Made by a program: the position numbers and the translations under genes. Below, one piece after another: positions 9,865-19,900 of a DNA stretch of 64,000 bases; position 1 is the first letter of the stretch; every line of letters begins with the position of its first letter. The stretch comes from Bdellovibrionales bacterium. GTDB lineage: Bacteria; Bdellovibrionota; Bdellovibrionia; Bdellovibrionales; UBA1609. The notes below the pieces were generated by a model, which worked only from the letters and a program-made list of their open reading frames with translations, made no database searches and was not told where the DNA came from. The DNA lies in the NCBI GenBank assembly GCA_041690295.1, contig JAWLHR010000006.1:64001-128000 (forward strand), in the 5' to 3' direction.

Positions 9865-9971
9865 ACCCATATAATATTTGTAACAAATTCCGCATTGCGG
9901 AACAAGGTTCCGTAATGTAAGTGATTTGATTTGAAATCGTCAATTCTGGAATTTTTCTAAAGGTGTCGAAC

Positions 9972-10367
9972 ATGTCAACAGAACTTTCCGACGGCGAGCT
10001 TTACGGCCAGAAAGCGATTCGCGAAAACAAATTGGAACGTTTCGAAAATCGCACACTGGTCCGTCGTTACACCGTAGAGTTCACGTGCCCCGAATTCACC
10101 TGTCTTTGCCCGCGCTCGGGATTTCCGGACTTTGCCACGATTCGTATCAAATATGTCCCACACAAATGGTGCGTTGAACTAAAAAGTCTCAAACTTTACA
10201 TCAACGGTTTTCGAGACAAAAAAATCTTTCACGAAGATGTGACCAATCAGATTTTGCAGGATCTTGTCGAACTTTTAGACCCCTGGGAAATTGAAGTGGT
10301 CGGCGATTTTAATGTTCGCGGAAACATCAAAACCGTAATCACTTCGAAACACTCCAAAGCACTTTGA
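9972..10367 (+). CDS. queF: 7-cyano-7-deazaguanine reductase (type I)
   Basis: PEFTCLCPRSGFPDFA, VELKSLKLY, FHEDVTN, FNVRGNI. Confidence 0.93.
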   Translation: MSTELSDGELYGQKAIRENKLERFENRTLVRRYTVEFTCPEFTCLCPRSGFPDFATIRIKYVPHKWCVELKSLKLYINGFRDKKIFHEDVTNQILQDLVELLDPWEIEVVGDFNVRGNIKTVITSKHSKAL

Positions 10368-10377
10368 AGGACAAAAT

Positions 10378-10406
10378 AAAACGGACCAAATACATTGGTC
10401 CGTTTT
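10378..10406. terminator. Bidirectional intrinsic terminator-like hairpin
   Basis: aaaacggaccaa-N5-ttggtccgtttt perfect inverted repeat after the queF stop. Confidence 0.75.
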
Positions 10407-10413
10407 GGCCACA

Positions 10414-10541
10414 GGAGCCGCCTATGGCGGGCTGCAGCTTGTTGGGGATGGCAAGGCCCAGGTACACCCGGTGACTGTTTTAGAGGGGATCACCGGGCTT
10501 CAGTGATGAGGGGTCCACAAACCATGCCGTTTCAGGCTGCA
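10414..10541. ncRNA. Candidate structured intergenic RNA, family unknown
   Basis: Nested stems tgcagcttg/caggctgca, gatggca/tgccgtt, ggccc/gggtc, cccggtga/tcaccggg; G-U pairs favour the + strand. Confidence 0.45.
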
Positions 10542-10638
10542 ATTGGTTGAATGAAAGTCGGTCCAACGAGTCAGCTTTGCACCGTTGTCGACAAATCCGA
10601 CGATTATTGCTTAAATCGAATCACAGAAATGGAGTTCA

Positions 10639-11154
10639 ATGGGTCGACAAAATTCAAATCAACAAACTAGAAAAAATCTTCTTTTCCAAAAAGTCGCTAT
10701 TTTCGTGGATGCTGAAAACATCGAAATGTCGAGTTTGAAGCATCACGAAGGCCGCACGGATTACAAAAAGATTCTTGATCGGGTCGGGGACCGCGAAATC
10801 ATCCGTATCTTGTATTACAAACCGGTATTCAAAGAGATTTCCAACGAGTTTGAAACCTTTTGGTCGAGCTTGGGTGGCGAGATCCGCCGACCCTCGAAAA
10901 ACGCCGACACGTTTTTGGTGATCGATGCGGTGACCATGGCTGACAAGATCGACGTCGCCATCATTCTTGGCGGCGATAAAGACTTTTTGCCGCTGATCTG
11001 GTACCTGCGCTCGCGCGGTTGCCGGGTGGAAATCTGGTCATGGCCCGAGACGACCTCTCCGGAAATGAAAGAAGCGGCCGATCTTTACCAACCGCTCACC
11101 GAAGATTTCGTTTTGAAATTGCAATCACCGCGCGGGCGGCGGCGCTCAAATTAA
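10639..11154 (+). CDS. NYN domain protein (LabA/DUF88, PIN fold)
   Basis: AIFVDAENI, KNADTFLVID, GGDKDFLPL, GCRVE. Confidence 0.88.
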   Translation: MGRQNSNQQTRKNLLFQKVAIFVDAENIEMSSLKHHEGRTDYKKILDRVGDREIIRILYYKPVFKEISNEFETFWSSLGGEIRRPSKNADTFLVIDAVTMADKIDVAIILGGDKDFLPLIWYLRSRGCRVEIWSWPETTSPEMKEAADLYQPLTEDFVLKLQSPRGRRRSN

Positions 11155-11555
11155 AATGAGCTTTGGCATTCAGCCGGTTTGGGTTCGCCGTCACTCAATC
11201 CCTGGGTGAAATCAAACAGCACTTCCGAGGATTCCGAAGCTTTAAAGAAAGCGCGGCGGGAGTTGAGATCGAAATAGACATTGGCTTTCTTGATTTTCCC
11301 GTTTTCATCCACGACGACAGTGGACTCCGGATCATTTGGATTCACGTAAACCGGGATTGGGGGAAAGGCGAAGTCGTTGATCGTAAACTGCAGTGACCCT
11401 TCCGGGATGCGGTCATCAAGCTCTTCGGAATCTATGCGAAAGCTGGCCAAAACGTTACGATTGCGGCCATCCGTAAAACGGCAGTGGAGAGCCAGTTCCT
11501 GAGCCTGGGCTACGGCGCCCATGAGTACGAAAAAGAGCAAGGCTGAACGTTTCAC
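11151..11555 (-). CDS. Hypothetical secreted protein
   Basis: Signal peptide MKRSALLFFVLMGAVAQA; TTGCAC-N17-TACAAA upstream. Confidence 0.65.
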   Translation of the reverse strand: MKRSALLFFVLMGAVAQAQELALHCRFTDGRNRNVLASFRIDSEELDDRIPEGSLQFTINDFAFPPIPVYVNPNDPESTVVVDENGKIKKANVYFDLNSRRAFFKASESSEVLFDFTQGLSDGEPKPAECQSSF

Positions 11556-11598
11556 ATGGTGTTTGTACCTGAAAAAATGATGCGGTGCAATAAAAAAT

Positions 11599-13122
11599 TT
11601 ACGGAATCACCCATTCCATGGCGGGCATGGGGCGATGAACGGGGTACGCAAGGGCTCTGGAGTTAAGTTTTCTCATGAAACTATCGACCCAGGCATGAAA
11701 GCTCGATTGGCTGGCCAGGGTACGTTGAGTGAGGGCTTGGCGGCCGGCCCTGGCCACGTCGGCCCCCGTGGAGCCCACCCAGGGAAGGGTGTCGGCGGAA
11801 TAGGCCATTAGACCTTTGATTTTTTCAGCGCCCACCCGGTAGGCATCGGCGAATTCGCCATTATGAAAGAAGGCTTTGGCCAGGACGCCTATGACGGCCG
11901 CATTTCCCGCGTGTTGGGTGACTCGTTCGGCGCGGACGAAAAATTCCCTCCAAGCTAACTTGGCGAGGAGTTCCTTTTCGAAATTCAGATCCGCTGGAAC
12001 TCGTTCGAGGCTTTCGATCTGCCGGGCAAGGGTGTAATAGTGATGGGCTCTGTACATTTCGTAGGCCATGCTGCCCAGCTCATAGCTCACGCCCGCGGCG
12101 ACGGCCATTCCGGTGGGTATCAAAATTTTTCGTTTCAGATAGTGTCCGGCAATGGTTCCCATGGAGCCGGCGACGGCTCCCATTTGCGCCGTGTTTTTAA
12201 TGCTGTCGGCAACTTTTGAGTAGGCCTCCTGCCGAACCAATTCGCAGCGCCAGGGGGTGCCATGCTCCAGACTGCGGAAGTAGGAAATGGGCAGCGTGTT
12301 GGTCATCGGCTCCAAAAAGGCGCCCGCACCACCCGCGCCTAAACCGCCAAGAATAAAGCCCGCGCTGACTTCACCGCCGAGAACCGCCAGACCGGCCTTC
12401 GCCGCGAGTTTTCCACCCCAATACACGGTGGCGGGCCCTCCGAACGTGGTCCCAACCGCCAGCCCGAAGCCGACGATACTGAGGGCCGCTTGTTTGGATA
12501 AGCTTAAGTAAAACCGGCGATTGTCATTGGCTCTGGCCGCATTGTCCGTCTGAACTTCGAGAACCATTCGCGTGAGGGTGGTGACCAGGAGGGATGAGGC
12601 GGGGATATCCGTGACCAGTTTCGTGTGAGCCCGTTCGAGTCGATCAAGATCAACCGGACGTTGATTGTACATCGCCTCGGTCAGCAGGAAATCGTAAGCG
12701 CGATAACTGGGGTGATGCAGGTTCGCCGTGCGAGTGACATGGAAACGGAGTCGCTTTTCCGCGATCACGAACTGCAGGCGGGAGAGGACTTTCATTGAGC
12801 GTTCGCCGATATTCATGGACTTGATCCCGTCCGCCAATGACTTTTCGAACTCCTCTTCGGTGGCCGTGCGGGAGCTGAAATAGGGCATCAAGATTTTGTT
12901 CAGGTGATTGTTGAAGCTCACGACGTAGGATACTTCTTCAAAGGTGAGCGCGCTTTGGGCCAATTTCACGCACTGTCTGTAATCTTGTTCAATTTTCGCG
13001 AGGTCTTGGCCTGTGGCGGTGGCACTTGAAAAAACCACAGCGGCGAGGACGATTTTTGTCATCCATCGACAGACGCCATTCCATTGGCGATCGCTTTTAA
13101 TTGGCTTCCTTGCCATCATCAT
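11599..13122 (-). CDS. Hypothetical exported/membrane protein with Gly/Ala-rich hydrophobic helices
   Basis: 507-aa ORF, AGGAG RBS, signal-like and hydrophobic segments. Confidence 0.65.
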   Translation of the reverse strand: MMMARKPIKSDRQWNGVCRWMTKIVLAAVVFSSATATGQDLAKIEQDYRQCVKLAQSALTFEEVSYVVSFNNHLNKILMPYFSSRTATEEEFEKSLADGIKSMNIGERSMKVLSRLQFVIAEKRLRFHVTRTANLHHPSYRAYDFLLTEAMYNQRPVDLDRLERAHTKLVTDIPASSLLVTTLTRMVLEVQTDNAARANDNRRFYLSLSKQAALSIVGFGLAVGTTFGGPATVYWGGKLAAKAGLAVLGGEVSAGFILGGLGAGGAGAFLEPMTNTLPISYFRSLEHGTPWRCELVRQEAYSKVADSIKNTAQMGAVAGSMGTIAGHYLKRKILIPTGMAVAAGVSYELGSMAYEMYRAHHYYTLARQIESLERVPADLNFEKELLAKLAWREFFVRAERVTQHAGNAAVIGVLAKAFFHNGEFADAYRVGAEKIKGLMAYSADTLPWVGSTGADVARAGRQALTQRTLASQSSFHAWVDSFMRKLNSRALAYPVHRPMPAMEWVIP

Positions 13123-13305
13123 CGCTCCTAGGCGGATCTACTCCAATCCCTATGCCACGGGCCGCCCGCCGGCTAGCGATGTAAAAAACGGATTATGTTT
13201 GTAAAATTGGATGGTTTTTGAGCGCGAATGGGAAATCGATAAATATCGCTACCTAGCAGGAATACTAAGCTTTATCACTGGCGAGACAAGTTGAAAGTGG
13301 AGAGC

Positions 13306-13382
13306 TGGCGCGCCCGGAAGGATTCGAACCTCCGACACCCTGGTTCGAAGCCAGGTACTCTATCCAACTGAGCTACGGGCGC
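13306..13382 (-). tRNA. tRNA-Arg (anticodon UCG)
   Basis: GCGCCCG acceptor stem, TAGCTCAGTTGGATAGAG D-arm, CCTGG-CT-TCG-AA-CCAGG, GGTTCGAATCC, 3' CCA. Confidence 0.96.
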
Positions 13383-13458
13383 CAATTTGAGGATTGGCAA
13401 TCCATAGCATTCCGTAAAGCGGTGAGCAACGATGAATGAGCCGTGGCGTCGCCCAGGC

Positions 13459-14097
13459 CTAATAGGAGCCTAGCGCGATCGGGAAGGAGACGCTGAAAAG
13501 CCAGGTTTTATTGATCAAGTCGGCGCTATGAAAATCGGTGTTCGTCGCGAACGGTCCGATTTGCTCCACCGTTGTGGTTCCGTATTTGATCTCCTGGTAT
13601 TCCACATTCACACTGACCATTTCGATGTGAAATCCCGCGCCCAGCCGCCATCCGTTTCCGTTTTTAAATTTGGCGTTGAAGTTTCCGCTGGCCTTGGGGT
13701 CCAACTCGGCGTTGGGCAGATAACTTCCCCAAACTCTGAGTCCTGCGACCGGCATCTGTGCGCCGACGAAAGGGCCCCAGTTCCAGGATTCGGAATCGGA
13801 TTTATAGTTCACCGAAGAATCCGTGAACTTGGTGAACGCATACCTGAGATCCACGCCGGCGAAAAAGATCTCACTGATGTGGATTCCGCCGCGCAGTCCA
13901 AGTCCGATTCCATCCGAGCTACCGGTGGAATTCTGTAACGGCGAGGGCCAGGTGATTTTCGTGTCGCCGATTTCATAGGAAATGGCCGGCTCGATGAAAA
14001 ATCCTCCCGGCGAAATATCCCTTGATGAAAGTTGCGCATTAGCCAATCCACCGCTCAAAACGAGCGGTAATAAAAACAGCCATGATTTTCGAAGCAT
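13459..14097 (-). CDS. Outer-membrane beta-barrel protein
   Basis: GAGGAGG RBS, signal peptide MLRKSWLF, alternating aromatic beta-strand pattern. Confidence 0.75.
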   Translation of the reverse strand: MLRKSWLFLLPLVLSGGLANAQLSSRDISPGGFFIEPAISYEIGDTKITWPSPLQNSTGSSDGIGLGLRGGIHISEIFFAGVDLRYAFTKFTDSSVNYKSDSESWNWGPFVGAQMPVAGLRVWGSYLPNAELDPKASGNFNAKFKNGNGWRLGAGFHIEMVSVNVEYQEIKYGTTTVEQIGPFATNTDFHSADLINKTWLFSVSFPIALGSY

Positions 14098-14275
14098 CTT
14101 CGGCCTCCTCAGTTCAACCGCAAACGTAGCCAATGATTGCAACGCCGGGACCAGGCCAGGTGGGGCGGAAGCCTCGAATTTCCCTGAAATTCGGGGCATT
14201 TTCGTACCGTATCGTGGCGGAAATTGGGCATGAATTCGTCCGACCATGGAATAAAGATTGCTCGTCACGCAGGTA

Positions 14276-14692
14276 ATGAAGTTGTTCAAATTCCTGCTGA
14301 TCGTGTTTCTTACGAAATGGTTGGCCGACATTGCATTGAGGGCCGCGGACAGTCCGCAGGTGGAATCTTCGGTCGTTCACCTTACAAAATTATTCATCAA
14401 GCGCACGCTCCTCGCGTTTTCCGGAGCGGTCTTCACGGTGACGGGATTCATACTTGCCATTCTCTCGGCCGCGGAAAGTCTGGACGAGGGACGGGAGATA
14501 TTCAGTTATCGGACTTGGTTTTCGCTGGCGATCTTCGCCGTTGGGCTGGTGATCATTCTTTACTCCATGTATCAGCGCACGCGACCCCGACAGGTGCAGC
14601 ACAACTTTTGGCAGGAACTGATTCATGGAGTGAGTTCCTTTTTAGGCCAAGGTCATGCGACTCGACCACGAACGGTCGACGTCGCCCGCTGA
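14276..14692 (+). CDS. Hypothetical membrane protein
   Basis: Two or three hydrophobic segments. Confidence 0.55.
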   Translation: MKLFKFLLIVFLTKWLADIALRAADSPQVESSVVHLTKLFIKRTLLAFSGAVFTVTGFILAILSAAESLDEGREIFSYRTWFSLAIFAVGLVIILYSMYQRTRPRQVQHNFWQELIHGVSSFLGQGHATRPRTVDVAR

Positions 14693-14710
14693 AACCCTTA
14701 AAATGATCAT

Positions 14711-15274
14711 GTGAGAATAGCGGCGGTATTTTTGGCGATCTTTTGCGCGTCTGAAGCTCGGGCGGTCAAACCTGTATTTGATCTCAATTTGTTTTATCTT
14801 ACGGACTCGCTCGGCTACGATGGAACCGAAAGCCAATACCAGCGAACTTTTTATGACGTTATGGCGGGCTTCCCGTTGACCAAAAAGCGCCGTTTGATTT
14901 TGGGATGGAATTACGCTTCGCTCACCTATAGCGACAACCCCGGCACTGAAACCAGCCTTAAGATCACCGACATGGGACCCAAGCTGCTTTATTATCTGAA
15001 CAAAGATCGCACGTGGGTCGTCGGCATGATCTACAATCTGATCACCAAAGCCGATTACACCGCGGCCGACACGACCGAATTGCGCGGTTCAAGTATGAGA
15101 TTTGAATTCGGGTACACGCCCATGATGTGGGAGAACGTCTTTATCGGCGCCAAGCTCGTTTACTACAAAGCCAGTTTCGTCGAGGAAATCACCAATCAAA
15201 CCAATCTGGCTCAGGTCACTCACTCGAGGACCACGATTTACCCGTCGTTCACCATGACATTTCGTTGGGAATAG
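14711..15274 (+). CDS. Hypothetical outer-membrane beta-barrel protein
   Basis: Signal peptide, amphipathic strands, aromatic C-terminus FTMTFRWE. Confidence 0.7.
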   Translation: MRIAAVFLAIFCASEARAVKPVFDLNLFYLTDSLGYDGTESQYQRTFYDVMAGFPLTKKRRLILGWNYASLTYSDNPGTETSLKITDMGPKLLYYLNKDRTWVVGMIYNLITKADYTAADTTELRGSSMRFEFGYTPMMWENVFIGAKLVYYKASFVEEITNQTNLAQVTHSRTTIYPSFTMTFRWE

Positions 15275-15276
15275 AG

Positions 15277-15813
15277 TTAAGGCGCGCAACCCGCTGGAGG
15301 CTGTGCGCGAATCTCATTGAGAAGCGATCGAAATGTTTGATCCGCGCCGCCACAAAGATAAACACCATTATGGCAAACCACGGGACGTAACTCGATCGTG
15401 GAAGCGCCCGAGATGAGTTGAATATCCGGAATACCGATGGCCATGCACGCCACCGCCCCAGGGGGCAGCGCAGGCTCACAAATGGCGCTGGTCGCGAGAA
15501 GCGATCTGATTTGCTCCAATCGAGTGGCATCGAGAACGCAGCTTTTCGCGCCGACCTGTAGCGCGCCCGACTTTAATTCAAGCTCCAGGCCGTTTGATGG
15601 CGGTGTCACTTGATTCTGGATATAGAGCAACCGTTCCGTGGCTCCCGCATGCCCGATCACCTTTTCATCAACTGAGGGGGCCTGGTGGCCGCCAGAATCC
15701 GATCCTGGCGCTTTCAGCGTGTTCCCACAATTTTGAAATCCGGCGATCAAGGTCAAGATACCAAGGATAAGTCCCGCGCGGATCATTATGAAACGGGTAA
15801 GGGTTTTCATCAA
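15277..15813 (-). CDS. Cys-rich lipoprotein (GFQNC-type lipobox)
   Basis: AGFQNCG lipobox, several cysteines. Confidence 0.7.
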   Translation of the reverse strand: MMKTLTRFIMIRAGLILGILTLIAGFQNCGNTLKAPGSDSGGHQAPSVDEKVIGHAGATERLLYIQNQVTPPSNGLELELKSGALQVGAKSCVLDATRLEQIRSLLATSAICEPALPPGAVACMAIGIPDIQLISGASTIELRPVVCHNGVYLCGGADQTFRSLLNEIRAQPPAGCAP

Positions 15814-15824
15814 ACAGTGAGAGA

Positions 15825-15840
15825 AGCAACACCGGGGCCA
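15825..15840 (-). promoter_or_regulatory. Putative sigma54 promoter
   Basis: TGGCCC-CGGTG-TTGCT on the - strand upstream of the lipoprotein gene. Confidence 0.55.
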
Positions 15841-16248
15841 GTGTCTAACAAATTATAGACGATGTGGCTGGCTGCGGTCTGACCACTGTGCAGATAATGA
15901 ACAGTGAGGGCCCGGGCGATCCCGCTTTTCGTGTGTTACTCACGAAAAAACACCGGCAAACTGTTTCATTTTTAAAATTATTCCCAAATTGAAATAGTTT
16001 AGCGAGACTGATGCCATGCGATTGAATGACCAATCTCTTTTCGACTGTATCGGTTTCATCTAGAGGCATGGATCAAAAAGATCTATTGATGATCCGGATT
16101 CAAATTTGTTTGGATTTGAGGCTGGTCCACATCTTGAAGAGATCGAAAGGCAAGCAGGGCACGCGGTCATCCTCGTCACCTCACGTCACGACCTTGAGGC
16201 GCCTTGACAAAACAACTAAACAAAAATGGTCAAATAGGGGAGAAGTGT

Positions 16249-16872
16249 ATGAACGCCTGTTTTAGTACGGTATTTTCTTTTGCCACCGCAATTTTCGTGA
16301 TGAGTGCCATGGCTCCAGCGGCTCACGCGAAGCTGAACCTCAAGGATGCGCTCAATAAAGTCAAAGAAAAGATCGAAGAAAAGAAAGACAAGATCAAAGA
16401 AAAGAAAGAACAGATCAAAGAAAAGAAAGAACAGATCAAAGAAAAGAAGTGTGAAATCATCGGCGATCAACTCGACAAATACGTGAGCGTCGTGTCTAAA
16501 ATCAAACCTCTGGCCGGAAGCAAAATTGTGCAGCACCTGATCAATGAAGCCCAAGACAAGTATGAAGAGATTTGTCCTTCCGAAGAGGGTCCGTGGGACA
16601 ACCATTATTCTGAAGCAACCGTGTACGAGTGCCTTGTGGTGGATCCGTCGGGTAATGTCGCCGTTGGATTGGGCCTTGATCAAAATCTGAATTTCGTCAA
16701 CACACAGGAGCGCTTTAAAACGGCCTGCATGAGACCCGAAGCCTGCTTTAACTTGGTTTCCCAGGCGTTCACCTTCGTGACCTTCTTCGCCTCCGAGCGC
16801 TGCGTGGATCCGAATTCGGAAGAAACGCTTCATCTGACCGATGAAGAGGTTGCCGCACGAATCGGACAGTAA
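16249..16872 (+). CDS. Hypothetical secreted protein with Lys/Glu heptad repeats
   Basis: GGGGAG RBS, signal peptide ending AHA, (K/Q)IKEKKE repeats. Confidence 0.7.
   Translation: MNACFSTVFSFATAIFVMSAMAPAAHAKLNLKDALNKVKEKIEEKKDKIKEKKEQIKEKKEQIKEKKCEIIGDQLDKYVSVVSKIKPLAGSKIVQHLINEAQDKYEEICPSEEGPWDNHYSEATVYECLVVDPSGNVAVGLGLDQNLNFVNTQERFKTACMRPEACFNLVSQAFTFVTFFASERCVDPNSEETLHLTDEEVAARIGQ
16370..16449 (+). repeat. In-frame 21-bp tandem repeat, about 4 copies
   Basis: agatcaaagaaaagaaagaac units starting at 16370, 16391, 16412, 16433. Confidence 0.85.
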
Positions 16873-16900
16873 CCTTTACCAGCTAAATGACCAAAGCATC

Positions 16901-16929
16901 AAAAGCCCGCGCGAAAAACGCGGGCTTTT
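16901..16929. terminator. Bidirectional intrinsic terminator
   Basis: aaaagcccgcg...cgcgggctttt between convergent genes. Confidence 0.8.
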
Positions 16930-16951
16930 CATTTTTGACCGGCCCCTTCAA

Positions 16952-19900
16952 TTAAGGGTCAAAAGAAATGATATACCATCCGGCAGGGCTTCCGCTGTAG
17001 GCGTCGTTGCCGTTCAAATACACCAGCTCGACGTGAAAGCCATTACTTGCGTCCGAAGCAATACTCCCACCGCCGCCGACGAAAGCGGTGTGAATCGGTG
17101 AATTTGGGCTGCATGGAGAGCCGTTAATGAGCGTTGTCGAGGCGGCCATTGACCGCAGGATTTTCAGCGATTGGCCACGGGACCCGGGTTGAATACACTC
17201 GACAGTGATAGATCCGCTCATCGCATTCAAAATGAGCAAAGCGTTTTTATTATGATTGAGCGGATTGCCGCCGTTGAACGTAATACCGCTCGACGTCACG
17301 ATGGTCACTCCGTTGACGTTGGGGGCTGAAATTGGCTCGCTGAATCCAGCCAGTCCAGTGACGTTGATTCGTCCGTCTTCGTTGATCGACATGCGCTCAA
17401 TTCCGTCGGTACTGACAGAAAAGTACTTGGGGTCAGCGGCCGTTGAACCGGTGAGTTTGATTTCCGCGCCACCACCGTAGTTGTTTTCGGGGTCGGCGGA
17501 AATAATCATTTCCTCATTTTGGGTTCGTCCCGAGATGACTCCGTTTTGGGAAATTGTGACCATATTGTGCCACTGGCTGTCGACACCGACTTCGAAAAGG
17601 TGCTCTTGCTTATTGTACCTGAGGGCGGCCATCTCTGCAGAAGGTCGGTTGGCCGTCGAGTCCGCGGGGATGATCATGAGACTATTCGTGCCTGTTCCAT
17701 GAACAGTGAGCGCGGCACTTAATGGCGGACCACCGATACCTATTCGACCGCCGGAGGTCACGACAACTTCAGAGTCACCGTCGCCACCCGCATCGAGTTC
17801 CATCGTTTCATCACTTCTCGTGATCCACTCTGATTTGGCCGATCCCGTGGTTTGCCGGAAAATGGATTTGGATGAACCGCCCTGGGCGATGAGAACCGGG
17901 GCGTTATTAATGGGACGGTGAACATGAAGGGCGGCATCGCCGATTGTTGTCACGTTGATTCCGACTTTTCCGTTCGCCACACGTAAAGTTTCCGCGCCGC
18001 CCGCCGCAACGGCGATTTGGTCCGAGGCGGGGAAAAATAATCCTGTGTTGGTGTCTCCAGCGTTCGAATAGACGGGCGCTGAGGAGGAGCCGGAAGAAGC
18101 AAGAAATTGCCCGTCCGTATGAATAGGTCCAGCCACATGTAATGGGAAATTTGGAGCGGTGGTGCCGATACCCAAGTGGGACAGCGAGTTGTCCCAGAAG
18201 AAGTCTATATTGGAATTCAAATTTCCAAAACCGTCACTGAATTGCACTTCACCGGCGGTTCCGACGCTGGTGGAACCTTGATTGTCGGCGGCGCAGATCC
18301 ACTGAGAGCCATCCCACTTCATGGCATAACCCGCATTGGAACATGTTACTCCCGCCGTCAAAGCTCCTGAACCGTCAGTCACCAAAATCGCGTTGTTGGA
18401 AAATGAATTTCGACCGGTGCCACCGCGATTCACGCCCAAAGTTCCAGAGGCGATCTTGGCGGCGTCCAGATCCGGAATGTCGTCTTCCGCCAAGGCACGG
18501 AAATCCGGCGTTCCCGAACTGCCCGAAGGCGGGCCCGCGAACACAAGGTTCGCGCCTTGATTTTTTAAAGTGATATCGAAAGAACCCGCTGTGGTGACCG
18601 GACCACCGCTCACAGAGAGGAACGAGGGCACCGTCATATCGACGACGGTGACGGTTCCATGAGAGGTGCCGACCGTTTGCCAGCTGGTGCCGTCATGATA
18701 TTTCAACTTGTTTCCATCTCCGGAATCAAACATCAAGTCGCCCGCTCCCGCCGTGCCAGGGAGCGCTGTCGGTGAAATGCGAGCCACACCGTTAACATGT
18801 AAGAGACGGGCGGGTGCTGAGGTGCCGATTCCCACCAGTCCGGAGTTATCGATCCGTAGGCCTTCGTTGCCGCCATCGTTGCTGAGCCAATTTCCATTCA
18901 GTTTGATATTTTCGGTGGCGGTGTGATCGCCCAGATTATCAGCCGTACTGCCGGCCAATGTGCGGCTGAAGATCGTGCCGTCGGATTTCATGGCCTTAAG
19001 CTCGAACTCGTCATTGGTTTCATCCAGCCAAATACTGTACTGACCCGGGGTAAAATCCGCATCCGCCGGTGCCGTGTCCGGGGCTTTGAACCGGACATGA
19101 CCGCCGGCCGAAAGATCGCCGACGATCGCATCTCCGATATTGAGGTAGCTGTCCGAGGAAATCGTGGGCGTGGTTATGTCGGTTCCAATAATAATGTTGC
19201 CAGCGCCGTTTTCTAAATTGCTTCCAGCTCTGTAACCTATGAAAATATTCTGGTCGGCACTTTGGACACTTTGTCCGGCTTGGGCTCCTATAATTACGTT
19301 TTGATTTTGTATGCTGGACATACTTCCAGCGCCTGCATTGGTTCCGATCGCCACGTTTGAGTTTCCAGAAGTGTGCCAGTGGAGTGCCGAAGATCCGATC
19401 GCAGTGTTGTTTCCACCGGTCGAGTTCACGAGAACGTTCGCTCCAATCGCGGTATTGTTCGCACTGTTCGTGTTGGAATTCAACGCGCTAAAGCCAATGG
19501 CCGTATTACCGCTACCCGTGATGGAATTCATTAGGGCACTAATGCCTAACGCGGTATTTGAGGATCCAGTCCCGGACGTTCCTGAGTTTGTTCCGATGTA
19601 AATCGATCCACTCCCAGGCGATCGCGCATCGATGAGTTCATCGACGCTCGTTGCACCCGTGCTGCCGACCATATTGGTCCATGTACCGTTCTCAAAAACT
19701 TCGAACTTCGCCAATGAGATGTTGTAACGAATCATACCGTCGACGGGCGAGGTTGGACGGTTGGCCGTCGAAGCCCGGGGGACGATCAGTGAGCTTGTGC
19801 TTTGTGTTTCGCCCCACAGGTCCAAAATCGCGCCGTTGGTTACGGTGTTCGTACCAAGACCCAAGCGACCGGTGCTGTCGAGTTGAGGAATCTGATTTGC

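Noticed and set aside
10414..10541. 6S RNA, SRP RNA, SAM-I or preQ1 riboswitch, hammerhead
   Set aside because: Shorter than typical 6S and not in zapA/ygfA context; lacks the SRP GGAA/AGCAG motif and the CUGAUGA..GAAA core; lies downstream of queF, not upstream.
11151..13306. tRNA-integrated genomic island
   Set aside because: No integrase and no duplicated tRNA 3' end were found.
16216..16833. Phe-rich antisense ORF, and similar shadow ORFs over putA and the coiled-coil gene
   Set aside because: These are reverse-strand shadows of real genes.
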